Shown in pieces: positions 36,984 to 46,505 of a DNA stretch of 49,950 nucleotides; positions within the stretch are counted from its first letter, which is position 1, and each line of letters opens with the position of its first letter. The stretch lies in UHGV virus genome UHGV-0044897; one strand, 5' to 3'. Source of the DNA: a virus. The notes beneath the pieces were generated by a model. It was not told the origin of the DNA. It made no database searches and saw nothing but the letters and a program-made list of their open reading frames with translations. A program made the translations under genes and the position numbers.

Positions 36984-37741
36984 TAGTTAGCCTCCCAAAT
37001 CGGATAGAGGGTCATATTCGCCGAAACGGTAATCAATGCGTCTTTATAGTACTTCTTAGTCGTAGTTGTTTCCGTGGTAGTTGTTGCCCAATGCGAAATG
37101 TGGTATCCAAATTTGGTGTATATGTCATCTTTCAATTGTATTGAATAAAGGTAATCTTTCACTTGGATGACATCCCCCGAAGTATTTGAAGCCGTCGTAA
37201 TGCCAGCCTTATTAGACTTGTTAAAAGTGCCGCCATTCGTCTTTAATGTTACGGTATATTTTTTATTGGTCTTATCCCTATTCGTCGCCACAAGTTCAAT
37301 TTTCGTGTTTAATGTGCCGATATACGCAGTATTGAACAAATACAACGTGTCAAGTGATTTAGTTGTCAACGCCATTTCTTCATCCTCTACCCATTCGCAT
37401 AATTCGCTGTTGTAGAATGTAACATAGCAAACACGCTCACGGCTAATAGCCATAAGTGCTTTGTAATCTGCGACATTCATATACTTAAACGAAACAGCCA
37501 CACGGTCTACAAAAGAGAATTTTGCCGTATTGATGTTCGACAAAGCAAAAGAGGTGTTTCGCGTTAATTCTGCGCCCCACGTTGGCTCACTCCACCCGAT
37601 ATTGCCTTCACGTGCTACACGAGTAAATGGATAATGATAATAGCCAGCACCCGTTATGAATAAAGTGCCAGCCCCATAAGTCTTCCCGTTTTCGGTTCGT
37701 GAAGTATCAATTTTATTGTTTCTATCGACGAATAATTCCAT
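36983..37741 (-). CDS. distal tail protein with a C-terminal InlB-B/Flg_new-like repeat
   Basis: Follows the tape measure; YTVTLKTNGG...GYHISHWAT...MTLYPIW. Confidence 0.65.
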   Translation of the reverse strand: MELFVDRNNKIDTSRTENGKTYGAGTLFITGAGYYHYPFTRVAREGNIGWSEPTWGAELTRNTSFALSNINTAKFSFVDRVAVSFKYMNVADYKALMAISRERVCYVTFYNSELCEWVEDEEMALTTKSLDTLYLFNTAYIGTLNTKIELVATNRDKTNKKYTVTLKTNGGTFNKSNKAGITTASNTSGDVIQVKDYLYSIQLKDDIYTKFGYHISHWATTTTETTTTKKYYKDALITVSANMTLYPIWEAN

Positions 37742-37744
37742 AGT

Positions 37745-39487
37745 TTATCTCCAACCTAATTGCGGGTTAGTACGACGTACGCCCTCGCGGAAGCCTTCGC
37801 TTTCCACAACTGCCCTGCCGACATCGTTTGCGTTAAGTGTAAGTTTTGCCTTATCCAACTCTCCACGGGCAGCGCCGTAACGGACAAGGGCATTGTACAT
37901 TGCCTCTGTGAACTGTTCAATGTTGGTAACACCAGTGCCACTTTTGCCACGAGCAACAACTTCTGCACCGCTTTCACCTGCAACTGCATACATTGTGCCT
38001 GCGCTTTCAAGAATACCGCCATTTGCGTAAGTCGTTGGCACGCTTGCACTTTTGCCTTTATTGGAAGCTACGGCATTATTTACCGCTCCCATTGCACCGG
38101 CAATCAAGCCGGCTGCGGCTACACCATAAGCGACAGCACCTTTTAACCCCAATTTAATTCCAGCAACGGCTACACCTACACCAACTAATATAGCGATTAA
38201 ACCTTGTAATATTTTGGTAACTGTGGGAGCATCGCTTTTTATTAAAATCATAGCCCCAGTAATTGCCGCGACTATTGCAGCCCCCCATAGAACGATTGTC
38301 CCCATATTTGCTTTTAATACTGCCCCAAAAGCCTTGAATTTTTCTATTAAAGGTTTTAAGTCTACGGTTTTAATGGTTGCACTTAATTTCGCAAAAGACA
38401 ATGCCATATTTAAGCCTTTAATAAGAAGAAATACATCTACAAAGGTTTTTATTGTTGCAATTGTCTTGAAAATATCAGTGTTCAAATCATCGAATGTCTT
38501 ACCTTGGCTTTCCGCAAATTCCGTCAGTCCCTCTTTGGTCATTTCAACGGTCTTCAGATATTTGGAAGCATCAAAATCGAACGGGGATGAAGTTTTATTT
38601 CCAAGTGTGGTAAACTTATCGAAAGACAATAACACCCCTTGTGCTTCTGAGGCTGTTTTTGCATAATCTTTCATTGCTTCCGTGTTTACAAGCGTTACTT
38701 CTTTCGCCCCGCGTAATTTAGCTATAATAATAGCAAAACTATTTGCGAAATCTACAATCTTATAAGCAAGTCTGGTTAACAGCGGTTCTAACATCATAAG
38801 CGGCTGGTATAAAGCTACCGACAATGATGCCTTTAGTAAATCTGCATTTTTTGCTAAGTTCGACATAGACTGGTTGAACGCTTCGCTTTGCTTTGCGATT
38901 TCAGCGAAACCTTCTTTCAACCCGGATGTCATTGTGCGAATAAGTGTTGACGCAATATTATAAGTTATAATACGTTGTATGTTCTTAAAAAAGCCAAAAT
39001 ACTTATCTAAACGTTTTTGCAGTTCGTCATACAAACTGATTGAATTTTTTAAGTTGTTTTGCTCTTTTTCTTGATTTTTTATAACATCATTTTGCGATTT
39101 TTGTTGTTGCGGATCGGAGATAGGAACACCTTGCCCTTTCCCCGCAACTTGTACGCTTTCCTGCCGTATTTGCGAAGTGCTTTTTTTTGCCAAGTTTGTC
39201 GCATTCTTAAAACTTGTAGACTTAAGGACTGACGCCATAGCCATTAAGCCTTTCTCCGCCTTTTTAATTTCTTTTACGAACGGCTTAATAGCCTCAGTCA
39301 TTGCCGTAAATTTAGTCGTAAATAACTGCGTATCAAAGCCCTGAACCTTAGCCGTGCCTTGTATTGCATTGCGTAAGCGCTTTAATGCCGACGTAAATGC
39401 TTTTATTTTTTGGTCGGCGGAACCGCCCGCAGTTGTGTCTTGCACGCCATATTCAAGTATAAGTTTGTCAATGGTTTGTCCCGCCAT
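37745..39487 (-). CDS. tape measure protein
   Basis: Helical, Ala-rich; LLSFDKFTTL; TM region; YANGG...VAGESGAEVV. Confidence 0.88.
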   Translation of the reverse strand: MAGQTIDKLILEYGVQDTTAGGSADQKIKAFTSALKRLRNAIQGTAKVQGFDTQLFTTKFTAMTEAIKPFVKEIKKAEKGLMAMASVLKSTSFKNATNLAKKSTSQIRQESVQVAGKGQGVPISDPQQQKSQNDVIKNQEKEQNNLKNSISLYDELQKRLDKYFGFFKNIQRIITYNIASTLIRTMTSGLKEGFAEIAKQSEAFNQSMSNLAKNADLLKASLSVALYQPLMMLEPLLTRLAYKIVDFANSFAIIIAKLRGAKEVTLVNTEAMKDYAKTASEAQGVLLSFDKFTTLGNKTSSPFDFDASKYLKTVEMTKEGLTEFAESQGKTFDDLNTDIFKTIATIKTFVDVFLLIKGLNMALSFAKLSATIKTVDLKPLIEKFKAFGAVLKANMGTIVLWGAAIVAAITGAMILIKSDAPTVTKILQGLIAILVGVGVAVAGIKLGLKGAVAYGVAAAGLIAGAMGAVNNAVASNKGKSASVPTTYANGGILESAGTMYAVAGESGAEVVARGKSGTGVTNIEQFTEAMYNALVRYGAARGELDKAKLTLNANDVGRAVVESEGFREGVRRTNPQLGWR

Positions 39488-39492
39488 AATTG

Positions 39493-39918
39493 TTATCGCT
39501 CCTTATGTTTTGACAAAATCTGTCTGTATCTTTCAAAAACACGACGTCCTAATTCTTCTTTGCTTAAATTCTCTTCCTCAAAAGTCGGCATAGGAGGATA
39601 TTCGGGTGGTTTCTTATCGCTGAATGATATTGCACTAACAATAGCCATTCTAAAATAATTGCCTTGCAACCAAATATCCTGTATAGCCGTCTGCCGTTTC
39701 CTTTTGTAAACACGAAAGTAAAACTGCAATGTTTTAGGGTCAAGTTCCCAAAACTTATCTTCGGGGAAGTCTATAAGCAACGCATAGAACAAGAATTCCT
39801 CACGTAACCACTCTTCGATGGTCGTATAGTCGGAGAGCCGTTTGCCATGTGGAATAGACTGTTCAGTATCGTCGTCAAGACCAAGATCTAATTTTTCTTG
39901 GTCGTTTGGTTGAAAAAA
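39493..39918 (-). CDS. tail assembly chaperone, -1 frameshift extension (gpGT-like)
   Basis: Slippery T TTT TTC at 39918-39912; the -1 frame stays open into FWELDPKTL...WLQGNY. Confidence 0.8.
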   Translation of the reverse strand, partial: FFQPNDQEKLDLGLDDDTEQSIPHGKRLSDYTTIEEWLREEFLFYALLIDFPEDKFWELDPKTLQFYFRVYKRKRQTAIQDIWLQGNYFRMAIVSAISFSDKKPPEYPPMPTFEEENLSKEELGRRVFERYRQILSKHKER

Positions 39919-40178
39919 CTTCCTTTTGCCAACATTTCAATAATAGGCGACAGCTCTTCAAGCGTGCCACCGTTGTCAAAATGTGCCTCCAATTCGTCTG
40001 CCGCTTTTTCGGGAGTAGTACCCATAATGTAAGCGGCGAGGTAAGGAAGTATTTCGTAAGGCTGGTCTTCAAACTGTTCGAGCATTTTCGGTGTCATCCC
40101 AAGTCTGCCGAGTTCGCGCATAGCCTTAAAACCGATGTTTTTAGTGCAATATTCTTTTCCGTTGATAGTTACTGTCAT
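39888..40178 (-). CDS. tail assembly chaperone (gpG-like)
   Basis: Between major tail and tape measure; slippery site near its end. Confidence 0.8.
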   Translation of the reverse strand: MTVTINGKEYCTKNIGFKAMRELGRLGMTPKMLEQFEDQPYEILPYLAAYIMGTTPEKAADELEAHFDNGGTLEELSPIIEMLAKGSFFNQTTKKN

Positions 40179-40201
40179 ATTTTTCTCCTCTTAATTGTTT
40201 G

Positions 40202-40720
40202 TTAATCTGTTTTTTTCTGTGTCGAAATATTGAATTTTCCGGCTTCAGGTTCGCTTTCAGGCGCTACATATAAGTCAAAATCAATACCGGAATTGGTTTC
40301 AGTGGAAGGAAGCCCACGTTTCAAAGGTCTTCCACGGAAGAATAAGGCGTTGTCAAAGGTGGGGGTATCAGACGCAGGGTCTTTTATTGCGATAACAAAC
40401 CATATGCCTTTATTAGTAGGCGAATTGTATGCCGTAAGAAGAGCTTCCCAAGCGTCAATAATGGCTTTGCCATATCTCGCGCCAAAAGTGACGTTATCAG
40501 GCATTTCCTTTAACAGCGTAACTTTCATGGTAAATTCTTCTTCATCATAAGAAGTAGCGTCCGCCGTACTGGGGGCTATGTTAAAGTCTGGGGTAGAGTA
40601 CAACCCAGGCAAATGTGTAAAATTAGTAGTCGGGATCGTCGTGAGTGTATCTGAAGAACCAACCGCTGCATATCCAACATATAGCCCTATGGAAGTAAGA
40701 GGTACATTAGTACTTGCCAT
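40202..40720 (-). CDS. major tail tube protein
   Basis: Position; TPDFNIAPSTADATS. Confidence 0.8.
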   Translation of the reverse strand: MASTNVPLTSIGLYVGYAAVGSSDTLTTIPTTNFTHLPGLYSTPDFNIAPSTADATSYDEEEFTMKVTLLKEMPDNVTFGARYGKAIIDAWEALLTAYNSPTNKGIWFVIAIKDPASDTPTFDNALFFRGRPLKRGLPSTETNSGIDFDLYVAPESEPEAGKFNISTQKKTD

Positions 40721-40751
40721 AATATTTTTCTCCTATAAAAAATTTGTGTCA

Positions 40752-41189
40752 TTATGCCGACACATAAGGCAGTTTTAATTCTATGTTGTATCGCAACGCG
40801 ACAGTGTATGATTTCGAGCCGTCAAAGAATGTGTACGGTGTCGTTCTCATTACTTTTCGCATCGACACAACTTTATCCGAATTTTTTTTGTAGTTGGTTA
40901 GAAAGTCTTCACAACAGTCGGCAATGACCATTGTATTCTTTATAGCCGTGTTTTCGCTTGTCTTTGTCCCGTAAAGAGTAATTTGCAAATCAATAGATGT
41001 GCTAACAACATCATTGTAATCCTCTAAATTATCGTTGTCGCCCAATATTTGCACTACATAGTAAGACTTCGTTTCGGGAATTACACCGTGCTGAAAAGCA
41101 TAGTAGCCTTTCGGTTTTTCTGTAAGTCTTGGCGTAGCAATAAATTGCGCGTCGATATATTTAATTAAATCATCAATGAAATCTGTCAT
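40752..41189 (-). CDS. tail terminator
   Basis: Synteny; LQITLYG. Confidence 0.65.
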   Translation of the reverse strand: MTDFIDDLIKYIDAQFIATPRLTEKPKGYYAFQHGVIPETKSYYVVQILGDNDNLEDYNDVVSTSIDLQITLYGTKTSENTAIKNTMVIADCCEDFLTNYKKNSDKVVSMRKVMRTTPYTFFDGSKSYTVALRYNIELKLPYVSA

Positions 41190-41692
41190 TATTCACCTCT
41201 ATTAAGGTCAATTACAAGCTGTTCTTTTATATACTCTTTTATGTTTTCTCCGGCATGATACATAGGTGCTTTTGCAGCATAACCTTGAAAAAATCTGTAT
41301 AGCGGTTTTGTGCCTTTGTCTAACCGCAAAATCCAACCACGCTTTCCGCTTTTTGTGGTAATTTTTTTGTTAGACGGGTAATGGTACATCCACGCACCTG
41401 TCAGAGGAACGCCTTTTGTCGGTAACTGCCCAGGATACGTTCCTGCACCCTTTTCGCCGATACCAAACTCCATATACGCGACATGTGGCTTTTCGCTTAT
41501 GTCTTGTGCAATGATTTGGACATTCTTTGCGGTTTGTTTTGTATAGACGGAAGCACTACCTTGCCATTGTTCCAAGGCAAGCTGTTTGCCCTCTGTCGCA
41601 ATATTATCCAGCATAGCGCGTTTAGTCTCTTTTGGCTTAGCGTTATTAACTTTTGTTAAAAACCTATCAAGGTCGTTACGCACCCAACGCAT
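41189..41692 (-). CDS. HK97 gp10-like neck protein
   Basis: AYMEFGIG...FQGYAAKAPMY. Confidence 0.75.
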   Translation of the reverse strand: MRWVRNDLDRFLTKVNNAKPKETKRAMLDNIATEGKQLALEQWQGSASVYTKQTAKNVQIIAQDISEKPHVAYMEFGIGEKGAGTYPGQLPTKGVPLTGAWMYHYPSNKKITTKSGKRGWILRLDKGTKPLYRFFQGYAAKAPMYHAGENIKEYIKEQLVIDLNRGE

Positions 41693-42038
41693 AGATGGAA
41701 GCCGTCCTTTTGAGAATAAGTCTAATGCGGAAATTGCCGTTATCTACAAAATCAACACTGTAGTTCGCGTTCTGCCCGTAGTATTCTTCTTCATCACTTG
41801 GTTTCGCACCGTTAATATAGAAAAGGTCACCTTCGGAAAACACGCCCGCCCACTTAGCGTAAGGCTGTGCAACACATGACGCGTAGCGTTCAGTATATTC
41901 ACCGACTTCCGCAGTGTTCCAGTCACCAGAACGGTCTACAACGGTAAAATATCCAAGCCTTGTCGTAATTTCAACAGGCTCAGAAAAAGCATCGTTATCT
42001 ATCCGTTTGCAATACCATATTTTTTCGCCCATTCTCAT
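41676..42038 (-). CDS. head closure protein
   Basis: Synteny and size. Confidence 0.6.
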   Translation of the reverse strand: MRMGEKIWYCKRIDNDAFSEPVEITTRLGYFTVVDRSGDWNTAEVGEYTERYASCVAQPYAKWAGVFSEGDLFYINGAKPSDEEEYYGQNANYSVDFVDNGNFRIRLILKRTASIYALGA

Positions 42039-42382
42039 TTCGGCACCGCTCCTCGTGGCATAAGCATAGCGATTAGACCGTTATCAATGCCACTGCTTGA
42101 AAACTCAAACGAAAGATTGTTTTCGCTGTATTTTTTTACGCCTCTCGGTACACCTGCACGGTCGCAAATATCTGCCATACGTGCGGACAACCAATGTAAA
42201 ACAATAAAATCGTATATAAGTTCATCGGGTGTCGGACGATTGATGTCGCACGGGTATTTTATGAGCAAATAATCGCCTAATGCAATGTTGAATACTTCAT
42301 CGGCTTGTGTTTCGCTTAGTCCGTACTGTTTTGCTGTTTGACACTTTATTTGCTGTACTTGTGCTTGTTCTTTGCTTGTCAT
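42035..42382 (-). CDS. head-tail adaptor
   Basis: GVKKYSENNLSFEF. Confidence 0.75.
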   Translation of the reverse strand: MTSKEQAQVQQIKCQTAKQYGLSETQADEVFNIALGDYLLIKYPCDINRPTPDELIYDFIVLHWLSARMADICDRAGVPRGVKKYSENNLSFEFSSSGIDNGLIAMLMPRGAVPK

Positions 42383-42581
42383 TATGTTCGTCCTCCAACC
42401 CTAAAAAAGGAAAGGACTTCTGGCTTTCATCTACGCTTTCAATATCAATGTACGGTCGAAAAACATTCAGTTCTTCTTCGTTAACACACATCTCTATTCT
42501 CTGCCGCGGCTTAAAATACATACCTCGTATTATAAGCGTGCATTTTGCATATCCTTTTAAGTCAAAAGTCCCTGTGTTCAT
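42297..42581 (-). CDS. hypothetical protein after the capsid gene
   Basis: Starts directly after the MCP stop. Confidence 0.55.
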   Translation of the reverse strand: MNTGTFDLKGYAKCTLIIRGMYFKPRQRIEMCVNEEELNVFRPYIDIESVDESQKSFPFLGLEDEHNDKQRTSTSTANKVSNSKTVRTKRNTSR

Positions 42582-43589
42582 TTACGCGTTTACCTTGCAG
42601 ATATAGATCTGCTTTACGTCATGCGGTACGGGAAGTCCCAATCCGCTTGCTTTGGTGAATATGCCGACAGGATCGCCGGAAGCTACATACTGATAAATCG
42701 AGACATAGCCCTGAGAATACTGCGCAAGTCCAGCATCTTCTTCGGGCGTTGAAGTCATAAAGGTCTTACCAACTTCGCCGCGAGTAGCAAGGAAACAAAT
42801 TGCATCTTCGCTGAAGAAATTCTTTTCAGTGGTTTCTTTCGCGCCGATTTTGTAAGTGCCGTCGTATACAACGAATTCGATGCCGAAATAGTTCTGGATA
42901 TAACTCTTTGCAAAATCTTCGGTCACATAAACGCCCTGATTGGAAGCGATGGAACCGAGCTTGGTGTTGTTAAGAATATAGCCCATAACTTTGCTGGTGC
43001 AAATAGCGCGGACAATTCTGCCCTTGCCTGCCTGTTTAATCTTTGCGAGATCGCCGAGAATATCATGGCTTGCAGTAGCCCAATCCTTAACTACGATATG
43101 GTTCTCTTCGGGGAGATGATAATCGATAGTAAGGTTGAGGTTGTTTTCCTTTACGGTAACCTGTCCACTGGAAAGCAGTTCGCACGCCATAACCTCGAAA
43201 CGAGTAAGCACACGAGAAATCAGGTTTGCCGCGTCGTTGTATACGGCTTCGATAATCGCACGCTCTTCTTTCGACATGCCCATATCGCGGATTTTCTTGC
43301 GCAGAGCTTCACCCTGGTCAAGTTTTTCCTTGACAAGCAGCATCTCGAAGTTGATTTCCTTGAAGTCGGGTCTGTCGCCAATTTTAGCTTCAGTATCCAA
43401 AGCATGGACAAGTGCCATTACCGGGACATCAGCGCCCTTTACGAAGTCTGCAATTGCAAGCTTCATATTTTCCGTTTTGAACATCGGGAACAGTTTAAGT
43501 CCCAAGAATTCTTTGGTAGCACGGAGATAATCAAAATCTTCGCTTATTTCTACCCAAGTTTTGCCGTTAAGCATTCCTACGTAATCCAT
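42582..43589 (-). CDS. major capsid protein (lambda E-like family)
   Basis: 335 aa; LFP...VYNDAANLISRV..RFEVMACELLSSG...DILGDL...DPVG. Confidence 0.88.
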   Translation of the reverse strand: MDYVGMLNGKTWVEISEDFDYLRATKEFLGLKLFPMFKTENMKLAIADFVKGADVPVMALVHALDTEAKIGDRPDFKEINFEMLLVKEKLDQGEALRKKIRDMGMSKEERAIIEAVYNDAANLISRVLTRFEVMACELLSSGQVTVKENNLNLTIDYHLPEENHIVVKDWATASHDILGDLAKIKQAGKGRIVRAICTSKVMGYILNNTKLGSIASNQGVYVTEDFAKSYIQNYFGIEFVVYDGTYKIGAKETTEKNFFSEDAICFLATRGEVGKTFMTSTPEEDAGLAQYSQGYVSIYQYVASGDPVGIFTKASGLGLPVPHDVKQIYICKVNA

Positions 43590-43601
43590 AGTTCACCTCC
43601 A

Positions 43602-44177
43602 TTAAGCCAAAGCCGTAACGGTTACAGAAGCCAAACCGCTCGACTTGTGGTTGATATTGTCGCCTACTGCCTGCACATAGTAAGTGCCGGTTGCCGTTGC
43701 AGTGTAACTGACTGCAGTCTGTTCGACAAGGACTTTCTTATCTTTGTCATATACTCTGTAGCCAACAGCATCGGTAACTGCCGCCCAAGCAACAGCCGCT
43801 TTGGTTGCCGAAGGAGCGGGAGCGGTAAGTGCGGGAAGTCCGCCATCGCCGAATGCGGGACGAGTGGTCGTACCCTCTGTAATGGGGAACAGTCCGGTCT
43901 TTGCAAAATTGTTAACCTGTGCAGAAGCAGTAGAAGGCAATTTCGCATCGATGTAATATCCGCCTACCATAAGCGAACCCTGTTTTGCACCGTCGGTAAT
44001 ATCTACGTCTTTGAAAAGCAGTCCATAATAAGGCGTGGTGAAAATCGTTCCAGCCTTAACAATGGTTCTGCCATCTTCTACGACGTGAGTTGCCGAAGTC
44101 GGTACGGTAATGGTTTTTGTAACAAGACCCACTTCACTACCAAGGAAGTTCGGTCTCTCTCTGTACACTTTTTCCAT
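43602..44177 (-). CDS. head decoration protein with an Fn3/Ig-like C-terminus
   Basis: IVKAGTIF; WAAVTDAVGYRVY...YYVQAVG. Confidence 0.75.
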   Translation of the reverse strand: MEKVYRERPNFLGSEVGLVTKTITVPTSATHVVEDGRTIVKAGTIFTTPYYGLLFKDVDITDGAKQGSLMVGGYYIDAKLPSTASAQVNNFAKTGLFPITEGTTTRPAFGDGGLPALTAPAPSATKAAVAWAAVTDAVGYRVYDKDKKVLVEQTAVSYTATATGTYYVQAVGDNINHKSSGLASVTVTALA

Positions 44178-44208
44178 AGTTGTACTCTCCTATTAAAATT
44201 TTTTTGAT

Positions 44209-44802
44209 TTAGAGTTCGACTATATCCGAGTTATCGTTTTTCGCCTTTTTGGCTTGGAAGCGCTTGAAATCGCTCTCGGTGGCAGTCGTGCCTGCTCCCA
44301 TTCTTTTGGATTGTTCAGCTTGTTTTATGCCGTTTGCCTTAAAAGACTTCTCTTGTTCCAAAAGCCGCGCTTTTATGATTTCGGCAAATGGCTTAATCAG
44401 TTCAATCGGGCAATTAGCGTTAAGCAAAACCTCACTTTCCTCGTTGGTGAAACCGTTCGCAAGACTTTCATTCTTCGCCTTATAGCGTGCAATTTCCTTG
44501 TCCGCAGCGTCCTTGTCGGCTTTAAGCGTTTCAAAGGCGGCTTTTAAGCGTTCGATTTCGGGCAGTTCTTCAAGTGCCTTTTTCTTGCTTTCGGCTTCCT
44601 TGCGCTTGTATTCCGCATTTTCGCTGTTGGTCTTGGAGATTGCATTTTTAAGTCTTTCGTTCTCCGCTTTCATTTGTGCAATCACTTCTGCATAGTTGTC
44701 GGTGAGCTGAGCCGCATTAACATATGCCGCCGTTCCTGTCACATCCGTGGTCGCTGTCGTTCCCGTAACAGCCGTGGTTGCTGTCATTCCAGTGTTTTCC
44801 AT
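44209..44802 (-). CDS. capsid scaffolding protein
   Basis: Coiled coil between portal and capsid genes; AAGGAGG RBS. Confidence 0.8.
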   Translation of the reverse strand: MENTGMTATTAVTGTTATTDVTGTAAYVNAAQLTDNYAEVIAQMKAENERLKNAISKTNSENAEYKRKEAESKKKALEELPEIERLKAAFETLKADKDAADKEIARYKAKNESLANGFTNEESEVLLNANCPIELIKPFAEIIKARLLEQEKSFKANGIKQAEQSKRMGAGTTATESDFKRFQAKKAKNDNSDIVEL

Positions 44803-44874
44803 AACACCCTCCTTGTGCATTTTTTCGACTTCCTTGTCGTTTGCGATTTTCGACTTCCCTGTCGTATTTTATAA

Positions 44875-46443
44875 TCACTCTTGCGAGATAATTACGCCGT
44901 TAGCGTCAGCGGTTGTAGTTTCAGCCGCCTTTTCTTCCGCTTTGATTTCTTCGTCCTTTCTATCCCAGTCATCGGCGACGGTATCAATATCGTTGAATAA
45001 CTGTGCCGCTTTAAGAATATGTTTTTTAGGCATATTCGAGTTGTACAGTTCTCGTATGCTTTGTGCCTTTACAAGCAGATTATCATTCTTGTTTATATTG
45101 TACTTAATGTCGATTTGGCTCGCATAAAGTTCGTTCACGGGACAATTCGGCACGGTACGGCATATCATAAGCATCTTTTTCAAAATTGTATAATCGCCAC
45201 GCAAAAGCGTTCTTATATCATTGTTAATAAGAGTGTAGGCATTTTCCCAGCCCCCGCCTAAACGACGTGCATCCCCGGTATCCCCGCCACTCGTTACCTG
45301 TCCGCTCGCAAGCGGTACGCCTGCAATATCGTACATTTTGCTGATACGCTGTTCATAATATTGGTCAAGCCCGTCAAACGGTATTTCCACTTTAAGTGTA
45401 GTTAAGTCCGGCTGTGCCGATACCCCGCCTTGTGCGGCAGGCAATATAATTGCTCCTGCTGCAATCATTGCACGGATTTCTTCAGCTTGTAGTTCTACGC
45501 CCTTAAAAACAAAAATAACATTGGAATTTTGAACAACCATATCCGCAATGTTTGAAAGCAACATGTTTACAAGGTTAAACAAAGACCTGTTAAGCTCAAC
45601 CAACCCTATGCGCGATGAATTTACCGAATGTTCTGTAATAGGCAAATAATGCAACGTCTTATCCGGCAAATCAAGCTTGTGGACGTCTTCAATATTCCGA
45701 TAATTATTGTCACTTCCGCATTCAAAGTAAGCATATTGAGTTTCAATCGATATGAGTTTCTTTATATCGACACTATCCCTCCCAACATCTTGGTCAATTA
45801 CCGACACGCTGAACAGCGGCTCTTTCTTTTTGCCACTTGAATAAACAACAAAATTATCAACCGGCGACAAAACCTCGTATTCGAAGGGGGCTTCTGTTTC
45901 TATATTATACCCGTCTTCGACCCCTGCGTATCTTAATAAAGGCTGCCCGTCAATCCCTACGTTTTTAGTTGGGAGAATTATGTCCGTGCGCGGGGCAACA
46001 TAATCGACGCCGATGCCGGTCGCGTATATCCATTCTTTCAAATCCTTGTCTTTCGAGAAAAAGTCAACGTCCGTGAAGTATCTGCCGAGATAGGTCAAAT
46101 CATCACTTTTAACGTCGCTTTTATGGGTATATTCACGAGTATCACCAGTTAAAAAACCGACCTTGAATTGCACTTGTCTGAATGCGTGATTTTCCGTTAT
46201 TTTATTGTTATTATATTCGTCCTTGTTATAAGGGCGCGTCTTGGTGTCAATGTCTTGGTCACCTTTCATATAATCCCAAAAATACTGTATTTTTTTTGCA
46301 TTGTCGGAGTGCGTAGCAAAAATACGACCCATATATTTTTTAAGTATATCTAAGCCGTACCCGCTTTCAGGCGCGAAGTCGCTCGCCTCATACGGTATTT
46401 CTATCCGTTTTATTCCCTTGTATGGCATTTTCGGTATATTCAC
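44875..46443 (-). CDS. portal protein (SPP1 gp6-like)
   Basis: NKITENHA...VGFLTG; GGDTGDA; follows TerL; GTG start with AGGAG. Confidence 0.88.
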   Translation of the reverse strand: MNIPKMPYKGIKRIEIPYEASDFAPESGYGLDILKKYMGRIFATHSDNAKKIQYFWDYMKGDQDIDTKTRPYNKDEYNNNKITENHAFRQVQFKVGFLTGDTREYTHKSDVKSDDLTYLGRYFTDVDFFSKDKDLKEWIYATGIGVDYVAPRTDIILPTKNVGIDGQPLLRYAGVEDGYNIETEAPFEYEVLSPVDNFVVYSSGKKKEPLFSVSVIDQDVGRDSVDIKKLISIETQYAYFECGSDNNYRNIEDVHKLDLPDKTLHYLPITEHSVNSSRIGLVELNRSLFNLVNMLLSNIADMVVQNSNVIFVFKGVELQAEEIRAMIAAGAIILPAAQGGVSAQPDLTTLKVEIPFDGLDQYYEQRISKMYDIAGVPLASGQVTSGGDTGDARRLGGGWENAYTLINNDIRTLLRGDYTILKKMLMICRTVPNCPVNELYASQIDIKYNINKNDNLLVKAQSIRELYNSNMPKKHILKAAQLFNDIDTVADDWDRKDEEIKAEEKAAETTTADANGVIISQE

Positions 46444-46505
46444 GGTAAAATCTCCTTTTTCACCTATATAAAACCACAAAAAATCTGTTTTGTCAAGTGT
46501 TTTCG

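Noticed and set aside
39875..40072. Alternative ORF in the tail chaperone region
   Set aside because: +1 frame that ends early; the -1 frame gives the standard gpGT product
43065..44207. 380-aa plus-strand ORF
   Set aside because: Antisense shadow of the capsid and decoration genes; no RBS or motifs
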